The notes under the pieces are model-generated. The model was not told the origin of the DNA. It saw only the letters and a program-made list of their open reading frames with translations, and ran no database searches. From Octopus sinensis (taxonomy: Eukaryota), in contig NW_021834625.1 of the NCBI RefSeq assembly GCF_006345805.1, positions 1 to 48,255 of the forward strand: 48,255 nucleotides of DNA, given 5' to 3'. Shown here piece after piece: positions 10,931 through 23,046 of the stretch; the first letter of the stretch is position 1; the number at the start of each line of letters is the position of its first letter. A program made the translations under genes and the position numbers.

Positions 10931-11062
10931 ATTCACGCTATGGACTACATGCGTTCAAGAAGAGAAAACATGTCATACAGTTTAACACCATCGAGTACTT
11001 TTGCTGGGGACCAAACTGCTATAGGTAGTAGGGTCGTGTCTCTCTCTGAAAGTAATCGGGTC

Positions 11063-11093
<31 letters not shown>

Positions 11094-11421
11094 CCCACCT
11101 CCACCTGTCTCAGAGGCTCTGAAAAGATCCTTGCCCATGGTCCTTTTCTCCTGTCAAAAAAAAACATCAATAAAAAACTAACTGTTACTGACTATAACAC
11201 AAGGGTCACAAGGAAAAGCAACGTTCTGAATCTTCTGCAAGATTGTCGAGATTGGTGTGAGTATGGAGTAACGAAAGAGTGTGAGTGGATTCAGGGTCAA
11301 CGAGACAGATGTAAGAAAAATAGGTAGGGTCCAAGAATTAGGAAACTCATGAGTGAGAAAAGGCAGAATATACAGATGCAGTAAGATTAACATGAGAGGA
11401 AACTGTATGAAGATCGGGATT

Positions 11422-11514
11422 TGTAGTCAAATCCTATTTTATGGAGTTAACCATGTTCTAAAATAAGTCGAAAAGTAAGCTACTATAAATCGGCACGAAC
11501 TTTCCGGACAACCC
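11422..11514 (-). mobile_element. Solo left end (TIR plus subterminal region) of the mariner at 15407
   Basis: Reverse complement of about 15409-15501, including the TIR aaatcggcacgaactttccggacaaccc. Confidence 0.85.
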
Positions 11515-11640
11515 TTGGGGTCAGCTTCATAAATTTTAACATATTCAAATCTTGCTGGTACACTTTTAACCTCTTCATCTGCCTAAGGCTTCATATAATA
11601 TCGAGTAGTTTGATAATGGGGAATATATTACTTAAAATTA

Positions 11641-11913
11641 TTTTACTTGTTTCAGCCATTAGACTGCGGCGATGCTGGAGCAACGCCTTGACGGTTTTTT
11701 AGTCGTATAAATCGACCCCAGGACTTAATTTTTAAGTCTAGTACTTATTTTATCATTCTCTTTTGCCAAACCGCTAGGTTACAGAGACACAAACATACCA
11801 ACCCCGGTTGTCAAGCGGTGCTGAGGAGAAAACACAGACACAAAGACACGCACACATTTATATATACATACATATATATATACATACATACATATATATA
11901 TAATATATATATA

Positions 11914-11960
<47 letters not shown>

Positions 11961-12284
11961 AATAACAAGGGTAAAATCAATTAATTAAGAAGCAATTAAT
12001 AATTTCACCAAGTAGAATTCGGCATGAAAAAAGGACCATTTCACGGTAAACTTAAGTAGAACTTAATAATTAGAGTTCAGCAAATCTTTGCTGAGCCCTA
12101 ATTATTAAATATATATATATATATATATTGTCGAGCTTCTTTTAGTTTCCGTCTACTAAATCCGCTCACAAAGTTTTGGCTGGCCTGAAACTATAGCAGA
12201 AGATAGTTGCCACGGTGTCATGCAATGGGACTGAACCTGAAACCATATGGTTGAGAATCAAGAGTCTTACCACGCAGCCACGCC
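11641..12284 (-). mobile_element. SINE family B, full length, with expanded internal (TA)n carrying a nested hairpin element (about 11966-12110)
   Basis: Tail at 11641 and head at 12284 match other copies. The internal insert ends in a 22-bp-arm hairpin at 12063-12108. Confidence 0.85.
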
Positions 12285-12339
12285 AATAACTATGAGTATT
12301 TCTGATTTCTCAAACACTGTTTACAGAAGACATTCTTAA

Positions 12340-12676
12340 TGCTGTTTCTGCAGCTGCTGCTGTTGCTACGGCTTTCACTAGTACTGCAGCTACTGGTGGT
12401 GCTGGTGCTGCCTTTACACTACTACTACGACTACAGCCGCTGCTGCCGTTGCTGCTGCTGTTGCTATTACCGTGTGTTTGTTTGTTCTCGTCTTTAAGAC
12501 ACTTAAGTCTCTACTTGCCTCAGGGTCGTTTTCTAATTAAGATTTCATCAATGTCCTTACCACCATCACCTCCTTCTCCTTCTCCTTTTCCTTCTCCTCC
12601 TCCGCTTCATCATCATCATCATCATCTTCTTCTTCTTCTTCTTCTTCTTCTTCTTCTTCTTCTTCTTCTTCTTCTT

Positions 12677-12707
<31 letters not shown>

Positions 12708-12820
12708 TTCTTCTTCTTCTTCTTCTTCTCTATATCATCCAGTGGCCTTTTTTGTGCCTGAATTTTGATTTTATCTCTCATACATTCTCTTTTTCCTTAT
12801 TTCTTTCCTTCTTTCCACTG

Positions 12821-12868
<48 letters not shown>

Positions 12869-12912
12869 TACTACTACTACTACTACTAATGCTGCTTCTG
12901 TTGCTGCTGCTG
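12340..12912. repeat. Trinucleotide microsatellites (GCT, CAT, CTT, CTA)
   Basis: Near-pure (CTT)n at about 12625-12728 and (CTA)n at about 12820-12888. Confidence 0.95.
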
Positions 12913-13114
12913 TATGAAAATAACACCATTAGTTTCGTTTTCAAGTATGTAGGGCACGAGCCAAGATTTGCGCTATACATATATATTTCTGAAAGAAAAA
13001 AAAAACGAAGATCAAGGCTAACTAGCTCTGCTGTAATTCGAACGCGTAACCACTTAATAATACGCTAGTAAACTGGGAACTCTTCAGTACCTATCTTTGT
13101 CCTGCAGTCTGTAA

Positions 13115-13162
13115 CATCTCTTTCTCTTTCACACACACACTCTTTCTCTCTCTTCCGCGCTT

Positions 13163-13196
<34 letters not shown>

Positions 13197-13494
13197 TCTC
13201 TCCCCTCTCTCTCACTCTCTATCTTTCTCTGTCAGTCTGTCTGCCTTTGTCTCTTCTACTTCTTTCTCTCTCTTTTCCTTTCAGCCTGTCTATCTCTTTC
13301 TCATTTTATTCCTTGTCTCTGTCACTTCTTCATCTTTCTCTTCCCCCCTCTCTCTCTCTGTCAGTCGTTGTCTCTTCTGATTCTTTCTCTCTCTTTCCCT
13401 TTCAGTCTTTCTGCACCCTTTTTCTCTTACTCCGGCTTCTTTCTCTCTCCATCTCTTTCTCTCTGCATCTCTCTCTCCCTCCAATCCCCCACCG

Positions 13495-13535
<41 letters not shown>
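13115..13535. repeat. CT-rich polypyrimidine low-complexity tract
   Basis: Degenerate (CT)n/(CA)n. Confidence 0.9.
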
Positions 13536-13617
13536 TGCAATTTTATTCAAAGCAAGACCCTCAAAACTGACTTTAAGAAACTCTTTAAAAAAACATCAAA
13601 GAGTCTTGAGGATAAGT

Positions 13618-13639
13618 TTAGGGTTAGGGTTAGGGTTAG
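13618..13639 (+). repeat. Short interstitial telomere-type repeat (TTAGGG)3+TTAG
   Basis: ttagggttagggttagggttag directly visible. Confidence 0.7.
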
Positions 13640-14042
13640 TATGGCTCAGTGCTTCAAACGTTTGCTTCGAAAGTTTGAGATTTCGAGTTCGCCTTCACAG
13701 AGCAGTACGTTGACCAGATTATTTCTGTCGTAGCCTCATGTCAACTAAGTCCTTCTCAGTGAAATTTGGTGAATGGAAACTATGTAGAAGCCTACCGGAA
13801 CAATCGTTCTCATAGTTGGTTTAAAACCACCATCTGGAACTTGGAAGACTTCTACACATTTCCTTCCGATTCCTGCAAGCATTCGAAACAGGATTCCAGT
13901 GCAAAGATGCCTGACTTTCTCCATTACCCACTGGTTACAGAAAATGGTTTGACTTGATAAAACAAACAGAAAAATCGACCGAATTCTTGCAGTTAATGTG
14001 TTGTTAGACGGCGATATGATAACATGGAGCGGAAAGACCATA

Positions 14043-14215
14043 ATCTGGCAGAACCGTTAGCAGATCGGGCAAAATGCTTATGTTCTGAGTTCAAATTCCG
14101 CCGAGGTCGACTTTGCTTTCCATCCTTTCGAGGTCGATAAAATAAGTACCAGTTTAGGACTGAGATCGATATCATCCCAGAATCGCTGGCCTTGTGCCAA
14201 AATTCGAGACCAATA
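14043..14215 (+). mobile_element. SINE family A
   Basis: ctggcagaaccgttagc...gttctgagttcaaattccgccgaggtcgactttgc...ggtcgataaaataagtaccag...gctggccttgtgccaaaatt. Confidence 0.85.
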
Positions 14216-14334
14216 ATGTGGAGTAGATACATGATATGATTTAGAGGGCATTTTGTAGTAGGAGCATCGCCGTACACATTACTTTCAGTAAATCGGGAGA
14301 CATCATGTATGTGTTGCTGGTTCTTCATGAAGTT

Positions 14335-14615
14335 GCGTGGCCTAGGGTTTAGTGTATCGGACTCACACTCATAAGATCTTAGTTTTGATACATGGATCAG
14401 GCGGTAGGTTGTGTCCTTGAACGAAACACTTAATTTCATGTTGCTTCAGTCCACGCTGCATCATCTGTAGATTAGTTCCAGCAACAGCTAGGAAGTCAGC
14501 TCCACAGAGGAGCAGTGTCCTGTTCGAGAGGGCGGCGAGTTTAGTAATCTCAAACCCTGATACACCATGTAAACCGGGTTAATCTCCGTCCTTATGAGGC
14601 GTAGGGGTCATGACT
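14335..14615 (+). mobile_element. Old tRNA-derived SINE (tgtgtccttga...acactt core)
   Basis: gcgtggcctagggtttagtgtatcggactc head; core tgtgtccttgaacgaaacacttaatttcatgttgcttcagtccac resembles the copy at 41573. Confidence 0.6.
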
Positions 14616-14750
14616 GACCTAAGTTTCAGTAAGCTTCAAGAAGCGCAGTGGAGCAATAACAAATTGTGAACCGGAGAGGCAAGTAGAAAATTATTTTTTC
14701 TCCCAACCATCACAGAGGAAGGAAGAGAGCGATTTTGATGGATGATATTG

Positions 14751-15147
14751 GGCGGGGTGCTGGCAGAATCGTTAGCATGCCGGGCGAAATGCGTAGCCAC
14801 ATTTCGTCTGCCGCCGTTACGTTCTGAGTTCAAATTCCGCCGAGGTCGACTTTGTCTTTCATCCTTTCGGGGTCGATAAATTAAGTACCAGTTACGCACT
14901 GAGGTTGATGTAATCGACTTAATCCGTTTGTCTGTCCTTGTTTGTCCCCTGTATGTTTAGCCCCTGGTGGGTAATAAAGAAACAGGTATTTCGTCTGTCT
15001 TTACGTTCTGAGTTCAAATTCCACCGAGTTCGACTTTGCCTTTCATCCATTCGGGGTCGATAAATTAAGTACCAGTTGTGTAATGGGGTCGATCTAATCA
15101 ACTGGCTCCCTCCCCCAAAATTTCGGGCCTTGCGCCTAGAAAAGAAA
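14751..15147 (+). mobile_element. SINE family A tandem dimer
   Basis: Full unit 14751-14983 followed by a headless unit starting ggtatttcgtctg, which has a different 3' tail. Confidence 0.9.
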
Positions 15148-15406
15148 ATGGTGTTATGCAGCGTAAGTCATACTATTCGATGAAGAGGGCAGCACAGGTT
15201 AGAGTGAGCTGGTGAAAGTTCACGTTCAAGGCACCTGCTCAAGGGTAGACCACTCTTGAGAGAGAGAGAGAAAGAGAGAGTGAGAGACAGACAGTCAGAC
15301 AGAGACACACAGACAGAGAGACAAGCAGACAGTCCGACAAACATATGAAGGAAAGAGTAAATCTAAGAGGAGAGAATACATTGTCTTTGAATACTATAAG
15401 AAACTA

Positions 15407-15972
15407 TTGGGTTGTCCGGAAAGTTCGTGCCGATTTACAGTAGCTTACCTTTCGACTTATTTTTGAACATGGTTGAGTCCATAAAATAGGATTTGACTAC
15501 ACCTCCATTTAGAGCACAGTTTAAGCTATCTTTTCGTGGAAGAAGGTTTATGTTCCTATAACCTGTGTTAATTCTGTGACCCTTTAAAATGGAAGATAAG
15601 AAAGTTCCTTTTCGGCACATGATGCTTTGGGAAACAGACAGAAATTGCTGCAGCTCGGCTGGGATGTGTTACCCCACCCTCCATATTCACCAGATATTGC
15701 TCTTTCGGATTTCCACTTATTCACGTCTCTGCAGAATAGTCTTAATGGTAAAAGTTTAAATTCTTTGGATGACGTAAAAAGATACCTTGATGAATTCTTT
15801 GCCATGAAACCCCCTCTATTCTGGGAAGAGGGTATTTTCAAGTTAAAGGAAAGATGAAGACGCATTGTGCTACAAAATGGTTCATATTTGGTTGATTAAT
15901 AATGTAATGGCAAGTATTTATTGACCTTTTTCTATCCTTTAAAAATCGGCACGAAGTTTCCAGACAACATAA
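15407..15972 (+). mobile_element. Internally deleted mariner (DD34D-type) element
   Basis: 30-bp TIRs (ttgggttgtccggaaagttcgtgccgattt / aaatcggcacgaagtttccagacaacataa) with TA on both sides. N-terminus MEDKKVPFRHMMLWE is fused to C-terminus RQKLLQLGWDVLPHPPYSPDIALSDFHLF...EEGIFKLKER (mariner YSPDLAPSD-type motif). Confidence 0.92.
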
Positions 15973-16055
15973 TAGTTACCGCATGTTTGGACTGGTTACA
16001 ATTGCACACTGTTAAATGTGGTGAGTGTATATGCTTATGTATGTATGTATGTATG

Positions 16056-16086
<31 letters not shown>

Positions 16087-16948
16087 GTATGGATATGTGT
16101 GTGTATTTGTGTATGTTTGTATGTATATGTGTGTATGTATGTATTAGTGTGTATGTATGCATGTGTGTATGTAGTATACGTCATATTTACGCAAAGAGAC
16201 ATGTTCACATCTATACATGCACATTTGTGTATGTCGATATATACACAGTTCTATTTATATCTATACACGGTTGTATACATCTGTACACAGCGTGTATAGA
16301 TGTTTGCATGTATACACATAGCAAACTGGGGCGCAATTATACATGACCTATCGCTTTTTGAGTGGTTTTTCTCATTTATTTCCTCTCACATCAAAGTGTT
16401 TTGGTAGCTATTTGAGGATACAGTTACCGAAATATACTTAAACCACACCCCGTCACTATTCATGAGCAAAAATAGATGCAAGATCCCAAGGGAGAGAAAG
16501 ACCCTCATTACAAATTTTTTTTAAAACGTTAATTAAAAGAAAATAACGTAACTACCAGCCAAGCTTCTGTCAGTATCATCCTCCATTTTCGACGGTTGCA
16601 ATAACGCTTGAATCGAAAGATATATTGCCCCCAGAATAACATGAAGACTAACAGATTTAGGGCAAGGCTTGTAATTTTAAGGGAAGAGGTTTGGGTGATA
16701 TCTTTCACCTTAATACGCGACAGTTGCTTTATCTTACCGATCCCGAAAAGATGAAGGACAAAGTTAAATCTGGTGGGATTTGAACTCAGATTGTAAGTAA
16801 TTAAAAGAAATAACACAAGGTGTTTTTCTGACGCTCTAAACACCCTGCAAGTCGGTTGTGGTTCATTTGAGCAATGAACAGCCAGAATGTTTTGAGATAT
16901 CATTAATAAACAAAAGTCTGTTGAGGAAGACAGAGAAATTTATATACG

Positions 16949-17240
16949 AGCAGGCATGAGTGTATAGAAAGAAGTTTGCTTTCCAGCCACATGATACAGG
17001 GGTCATTCCCTTTGCATGGCATCTTGGGCAAGTGTGTTCTAATAAAGCGCTGGGCCGACTAAAACTTTGTGAGTGGGTTTGATAGAAGAAAACTGAATGA
17101 AGCCAACTGTATAAATGTGTGTGCTTGTGTGTGAGTGTGTGTGTGTGTGTGCGTGTGTGTGTTTGTGTGTGTGTTTGACCTCCACCACAACTCGACAGCC
17201 GGTGGGTGCTGATTTGTTTAGGACTCTGTGACTTAGTGGA
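16949..17240 (+). mobile_element. Degenerate SINE family B
   Basis: gcaggcatg...gcatcttgggcaagtgtgttct...gggccgactaaaactttgtgagtgggtttg...aaactgaatgaagcc. Confidence 0.75.
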
Positions 17241-17419
17241 GTCAGCTTCGTGAGTCAGAATGTCTGCTTCAGCGCATCACCATCGCTTTCCTCCGGGGCA
17301 ACGCCTTTTCTATTTCCTCTGCCGATGCCATGAGAAATATTTAACTATGATAAAAGAAAGTGGCCTATGCTTTTATTTATTTCTTCCAGTTGTTTTTCCT
17401 TTACCAACGATGATATATG

Positions 17420-17593
17420 GTTTCAAATTTTGGCACAAGACCGGCATGTGTTCAAATGGTATTTATTTTACCGACTCCAAAAGGATGAAAGGCGAAGTCG
17501 ACCTCGGCAGAATTTGAACTCAAAACGTAAAGACGGACGAAATGCTGATAAGCATTTCATCCGGCGTGTTATTGATTCTGCCAGCTCGCCATC
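17420..17593 (-). mobile_element. SINE family A
   Basis: aaaggatgaaaggcgaagtcgacctcggcagaatttgaactc...ttctgccagctcgcc. Confidence 0.85.
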
Positions 17594-18411
17594 TTATGGC
17601 TGCAGAAATTGAAATGCCAAACTACTCAATAAAAGCCCCTGACGGAAAATTCCACGTGAAATATATTCATCAATACTATTAGTAACAATGGTAATAATCA
17701 TTAAAAAATAATGACGGTAAATAAAGGAGATAGAAAATTTGATAAAATAGATAGGATAAGAAGAGTGGGGGAAGATTAAGAGTAGGAAAACAAAATGCAG
17801 TAGAATTTGAAAGTAGAGGCAGATCGACGTGTCCAATATCCAAAAGTGAAAAGGTTACTCTAATAGAAACAGATAACTGATACAGATATAAATGAAAATA
17901 TTTTATATATCAAACGGGCTGGAGAAATACATTAATAATACCCAAATGTAACAAACAATAAATGGTCATAGATAAAGAAATGGAAACTGACTTTTAGAAA
18001 ATGCTATGTAATTGAGGATCCCCGCGGTAGATATGCGATGAAACATCATTACGTGGTTGGGATCCAGTACTTTTCAGATGTAAGTGTAAACGTACATACC
18101 AGTCTTTGTGTGTTGGTTAAAACTTGTAAGTCTTGTATATACATACACATACGCAGACACACAAATATATATAAAAATACGCGCGCGCGCAATTGCGAGA
18201 GAATCCATAAAGATTAATGGTTGTCTGCACGAACAAGTCTCAAAGATGGTAAAATTGACAGAAAGAGTTCTGGGAAATTGCTGTGCAGAGTGGAGTATCA
18301 AAAGCTTTGGATAAGGTGAAAGGAGACACGCTTATATTCTTGAATATACATACAAACACATACATATGTATATATGTACATACAATCATACATATATATA
18401 TATAAATATAT

Positions 18412-18652
18412 AGGGGGAATTCAAAAAAAAAAAAAAGAGACGAAGACAGGTGGTGTAGACAAAAAATTGATGTATTAGTATAACGCTCGGGAAGTGAAAA
18501 AGTCTTTAACGTTTCGAGCCTACGCTTTTCCACAGAAAAGAACACAGAAAGAAACAAGAAGAGAAAATAAAGAATGTGTTGTGGTTAGCGATGTATCATG
18601 GCGGATGCCTGACAGAAGGGTCTCACAGGAGAGATAGGGAGAAGGGGAGATA
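18412..18652 (-). mobile_element. Short PLE pseudo-LTR-like element in (TA)n with variant HHR-like motif at 18504-18540
   Basis: Minus strand reads ctttt-CTGTGGA-A-aagc(gtag)gctc-GAAA-cg-TT-aaag. Homologous to 3755 and 43454; (TA)n flanks. Confidence 0.65.
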
Positions 18653-18713
<61 letters not shown>

Positions 18714-19158
18714 TAGAGAGAGAGAGAGAGTAAGAGAGAGAGAGAGAGAGACAGGTACAGTTATCACTAAAGTGATTTAGGATGCTAATAAGCACCAGTA
18801 TCGGCTGGTCACTGGGATCCAGTAATTTTGACGAAAATAACCGCTTGATAATATTGCCTGTTGCCGCCATTACATATATGTTCGTCTGTGTTTGTGTGTG
18901 TGGGCGTGCGTGTGTATGTGTGTGTTTGTGTATGCGTGTACAAGTATCTAGACGTACATATATACATATAAAGCACCGAAATTTCTAAATATCTAACTTC
19001 CGATGTACGTTATTGGGATCTTCTCTGTCCTCCGCATAACTAAACGAACAACATAACTACCACCAACGCACACGCACCCGTGCTTACACACACGGAAGTG
19101 TCAGACTTACAAGCTGTAGCGTGTTCCATGAAATCATGCTGTTATTTTATATTTGTTA

Positions 19159-19550
19159 CTAGCAGTATCGCCCGGCGTTGCTCGGGTTTGTAAGGGAAAT
19201 AACTATATAAGCATTATTAGAGAGTTATAGCAAAAAAATTCATTAAAAATGGGAAAAAAATGATGGTAAATTTTTTTTTAAATCGTTGACTCATCGTAGA
19301 CATTTTTAGAGAGTTACTTCCCTTATATAATAGCGAAAAAAATGCATTAAAATGGAAAAAAATTATGGTAAATTTTTTTTTAAATCGTAGACTCATCGTA
19401 GACGCGCGCTAATACCCAGCAGGGCTCGATATGAATCACGACTATAAGATACCCGGTTTTGGTTAAACTGCACCGCAAAATGTGGGAGTAGTTAGGAATC
19501 TAAATCGTAGGAGACAAACACTCACACAACTTCACTTTTATATATAAAGA
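19159..19550 (-). mobile_element. Non-autonomous Helitron
   Basis: On the minus strand: 5'-TC start, 3' hairpin cccgagcaacgccggg followed by CTAG, inserted between A and T with no TSD. Internal ~90-100-bp tandem duplication (19212-19403). Homologous to 36528-36828. Confidence 0.88.
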
Positions 19551-19729
19551 TTACTAATTATATGTAATTGTTTTGTTTTTATCAATAACCTATCGAGATA
19601 TTTAACAAACAAAATGTAGAAGACAGAAAATGTTTCCTATTTTGTGTTCCTTCTCTGTCAGATTCCTGGTGAAGAATACATCTGCAAAATGTCCGTATTA
19701 GTGATGTTAATCTAAAAATGGAGGGTTGA

Positions 19730-20310
19730 TGAGAAAGAGAGAGGGAGAGGGGGGGGAGAGAGGGAGAAAGGGGAAGGGGAGAAGAATGAAGGAAGGAAGA
19801 AAAGAAGGAAGAACGGGTGAATGAATGAAAGGGAGTGGAAAAGCGAGTGAAAAAGAGAGATATGGAATTCAATTGAGATGGAAAGTAAATAAGAGAAAGG
19901 AAGAAAGAAAACAGAAGGAAGAGGAGAGGGGAAGGAAAGAAAGGAAGAAAGTGACAAAGAAAGGCAGAGATAAAGAAAGAAAGGAATAAAGAGAGAAAAA
20001 GAATGAAAGGAACGACGGCAGAAACAAAAAAATATGGTAGAAAGAAAGAAAGAAACAAATCAAAGAAACAAAGGAAAAACAGAGACAGACTGACAGAGAG
20101 AGAGAGGGGTGGAAAGAAAGAGAGAGAGGGGAAAAGAAAGAGAGAGATGGTGAAGAAAGAGAGAGAGGAGGAAATAAAGAGAGAGAGGAGGAAAGAAAGA
20201 GAGAGAGGAGGAAAGAAAGAGAGAGAGGAGGAAAGAAAGAGATGGAGGAGGAAAGAAAGAGAGAGAGGGGGAAAGAAGGAGAGAGAGTGGGAAAGAAAGA
20301 GAGGGAGAGG
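19730..20310. repeat. Polypurine tract with ~20-bp minisatellite (gaaagaaagagagagaggag) x ~10
   Basis: Units visible at about 20112-20310. Confidence 0.9.
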
Positions 20311-20365
20311 AACAATTACGTGACTATATAGCTGAGTTGTAGAGTTTTATAAATATTTCTTATGT

Positions 20366-20529
20366 AGGCGTAAGAGTGGCTGCATGGTACGAAGCTTACT
20401 TCCCAATCACATGGTTCCGGGTTCAACTCTACTACGTGGCACCTTGGGTAAGTGTCTTCTACTATAGCCTCGGGCCGACCAAAACCTTGTGAGAGAATTT
20501 TGTGGACGGAAACTGAAAGAAGTCCGCCA
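20366..20529 (+). mobile_element. SINE family B, 5' half
   Basis: aggcgtaagagtggctg...ccgggttcaact...gcaccttgggtaagtgtcttctactatagcctcgggccgaccaaaaccttgtgag...ggaaactgaaagaag, then (TA)n. Confidence 0.88.
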
Positions 20530-20821
20530 TATATATATATATATAAGATATATATGTATGCTATTTTGTTAAATGAATAAATAATCCAACATTCTAATAT
20601 CCGAAAGTTGATGAACAAAATAAATTTGTCTCTCGATTTTCTTATTTGTATTATAAATTTACGGTAAAAATATTTCTTTACCTTCACCTGTTTAATACAA
20701 TAAATGAGTTAATTGCATTGCAATTAAAAATATTTATGTATTAAGAATCTGGGTACTTTACCAACAGTATATTGGATAAATACTATCCCATAGTGGTTAC
20801 ACCCATAACCTCTATCCTAAT

Positions 20822-20884
<63 letters not shown>

Positions 20885-21289
20885 CAGGTATGTATGCATC
20901 TATGTATGTATATATACATAATTAGAAATATTGCATTTCTAAATCTCTCAGAGAATCTTATACAGTAGCAGCACGATAAAGTAATGGTTTGTTGCCAACT
21001 TAATGTGACAGTCCCTGGAAAGGGAAGAATGCTACTGCTATTTAGCCCCACGAAACGCCGACTGCATTTGGCTATGTGATACAAACGTACTGTGTCCTTA
21101 TGTTTTCAAATAGGGGCGATAAGCACCTCCACCCAGCAAAGCCAGCACCCAGAGACGAGTTTCAGAGTAATTGCTCTTCTTCCGTCTGGAGTAGCTTGGC
21201 TTGCTAGCTGTCGTTGCTTATTCGCTGCTGAAAATATATAGAATTTATGAGCCAGGTATGGCTCCAGAAGGAACATACATAGGTACAAG

Positions 21290-21536
21290 GACACATATAA
21301 ACCAACACCGGTTGTAAAACATACACAATGACTCAGACACGCATACACACACACACACACACCACACATAAATACCTCAGGCTTCTTTTAGCTTCACCTC
21401 TATTAAATCTACTCTCAAGAATTTGGTCGGTTTAAAGTTATATAAGAACACAGTTGCCCAGCTGTTACGCAGTTGGACTGAACCTCGACACATGAGAGTG
21501 GGAAGCAAATCACTTACTACAGAGCCACACCTACGC
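21290..21536 (-). mobile_element. Degenerate SINE family B
   Basis: ggcttcttttagcttc...tttggtcgg...gttgcccag...ggactgaacc...agccacacctacgc. Confidence 0.65.
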
Positions 21537-21680
21537 TCATACAAGCTATTTGATAACAGTTTGATTCAGCTCCGTGCAAGAACTGGGTCAAGCTGTTATT
21601 AAACAATACACGCAACACTTATCATAGGTGCTGAATGCCCCTATATTTCGTGGAACACACAAAGAGATAGAGACAAAGAT

Positions 21681-21737
<57 letters not shown>

Positions 21738-21797
21738 GCAAAAAGGAATATATATATAATAAATATTATATATATATTATATATATATATATATCTA

Positions 21798-21832
<35 letters not shown>

Positions 21833-21835
21833 TAT

Positions 21836-21993
21836 AACAATTACGGCGTGAAAGGTGTTTATAGGCCATTTAAAACACGCAAAAACCGTTAGATTCACTT
21901 CAAATGGCTTAAAACACCTTCCACGCTGCAAGTGTTTTCGTTCCAGCACACGATATCTGATCAGATCACTTGCTATGCAAGTACATCTCTGTA
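21836..21993. mobile_element. Short fold-back element in (TA)n (PLE-like derivative?)
   Basis: 25-bp inverted arms 21846-21871 / 21902-21926; (TA)n on both sides. Confidence 0.5.
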
Positions 21994-22024
21994 ATATAAT
22001 ATATAGAGAGAGATAGATAGATAT

Positions 22025-22084
<60 letters not shown>

Positions 22085-22109
22085 TATAATATGTATATAG
22101 GTTATACCC

Positions 22110-22151
<42 letters not shown>

Positions 22152-22602
22152 ATATATATAGGTATACCAACATATACATATATTATATATATATATATAT
22201 ATATATAATACTATGCTTCTGTGAATTTACACACACACACATATATACATTCACACGTAAATATATATATATATATGTATGTATGTAGATGTATATGGGT
22301 TTGTGTATGCATATACTTACACATAAATACTTGGTGAAGTGCACGTGTCTTACCATATGATAATTGACCGAATGTAATACCTAGATACAAAAAAATATAG
22401 ATATAAAAACCCAATGAGATTATATTATCAAGTATGTTAAACATTAATATTAATAATTGTATATATGAATATATTGTTTCATTGTATCGTCGATTCTACA
22501 TATAAATATTGAAATATTATATTTTCACACGCATACAACTGTTTAGCAAAACCCTGCTCGCATCCCCTGCCCCGGCTGAATACACGCAAAATAAGTGCGT
22601 TG

Positions 22603-22633
<31 letters not shown>

Positions 22634-23046
22634 TATATATAGATATATATATATATCATATTACATATATATATTATATATATGTTTATATATTATTAAT
22701 ATACGTACATTCAATTATAAATGTAGATGTATATTCACACACACACACACACACACCACACACACACACACACACATAGATGCATACATGCTATTAATAC
22801 GTTTGACGTACCTATGTCCCGACTGTATCATGTTGCCTTGGTTCACATAAGAAATCATAAAACGTTGCGTTAATATTGCAAAGTGTGAAAGTTATTGCGT
22901 AGTGATAGCAAGACCTCTTGTTCTAATCTGTTTAGAAAGATAAAGAAATACATATATGCACTTCTTTGCAATACAGATACATTTATCGTCTCCAATAACT
23001 AGCTTTACAATGTGTAGCTGTCCTGTTGATATTACTTCATACGGGA

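Noticed and set aside
11422-15972. Composite mariner transposon capturing 11515-15406
   Set aside because: The TIR outer ends face each other, so the intervening DNA lies outside both elements.
19633-19715. Strong-looking splice acceptor (polypyrimidine tract + CAG at 19659-19661)
   Set aside because: No convincing donor or recognisable peptide follows; such motifs are common by chance.
20112-20310. CRISPR-like periodicity
   Set aside because: Contiguous low-complexity units with no unique spacers, in a eukaryotic context with no cas genes.
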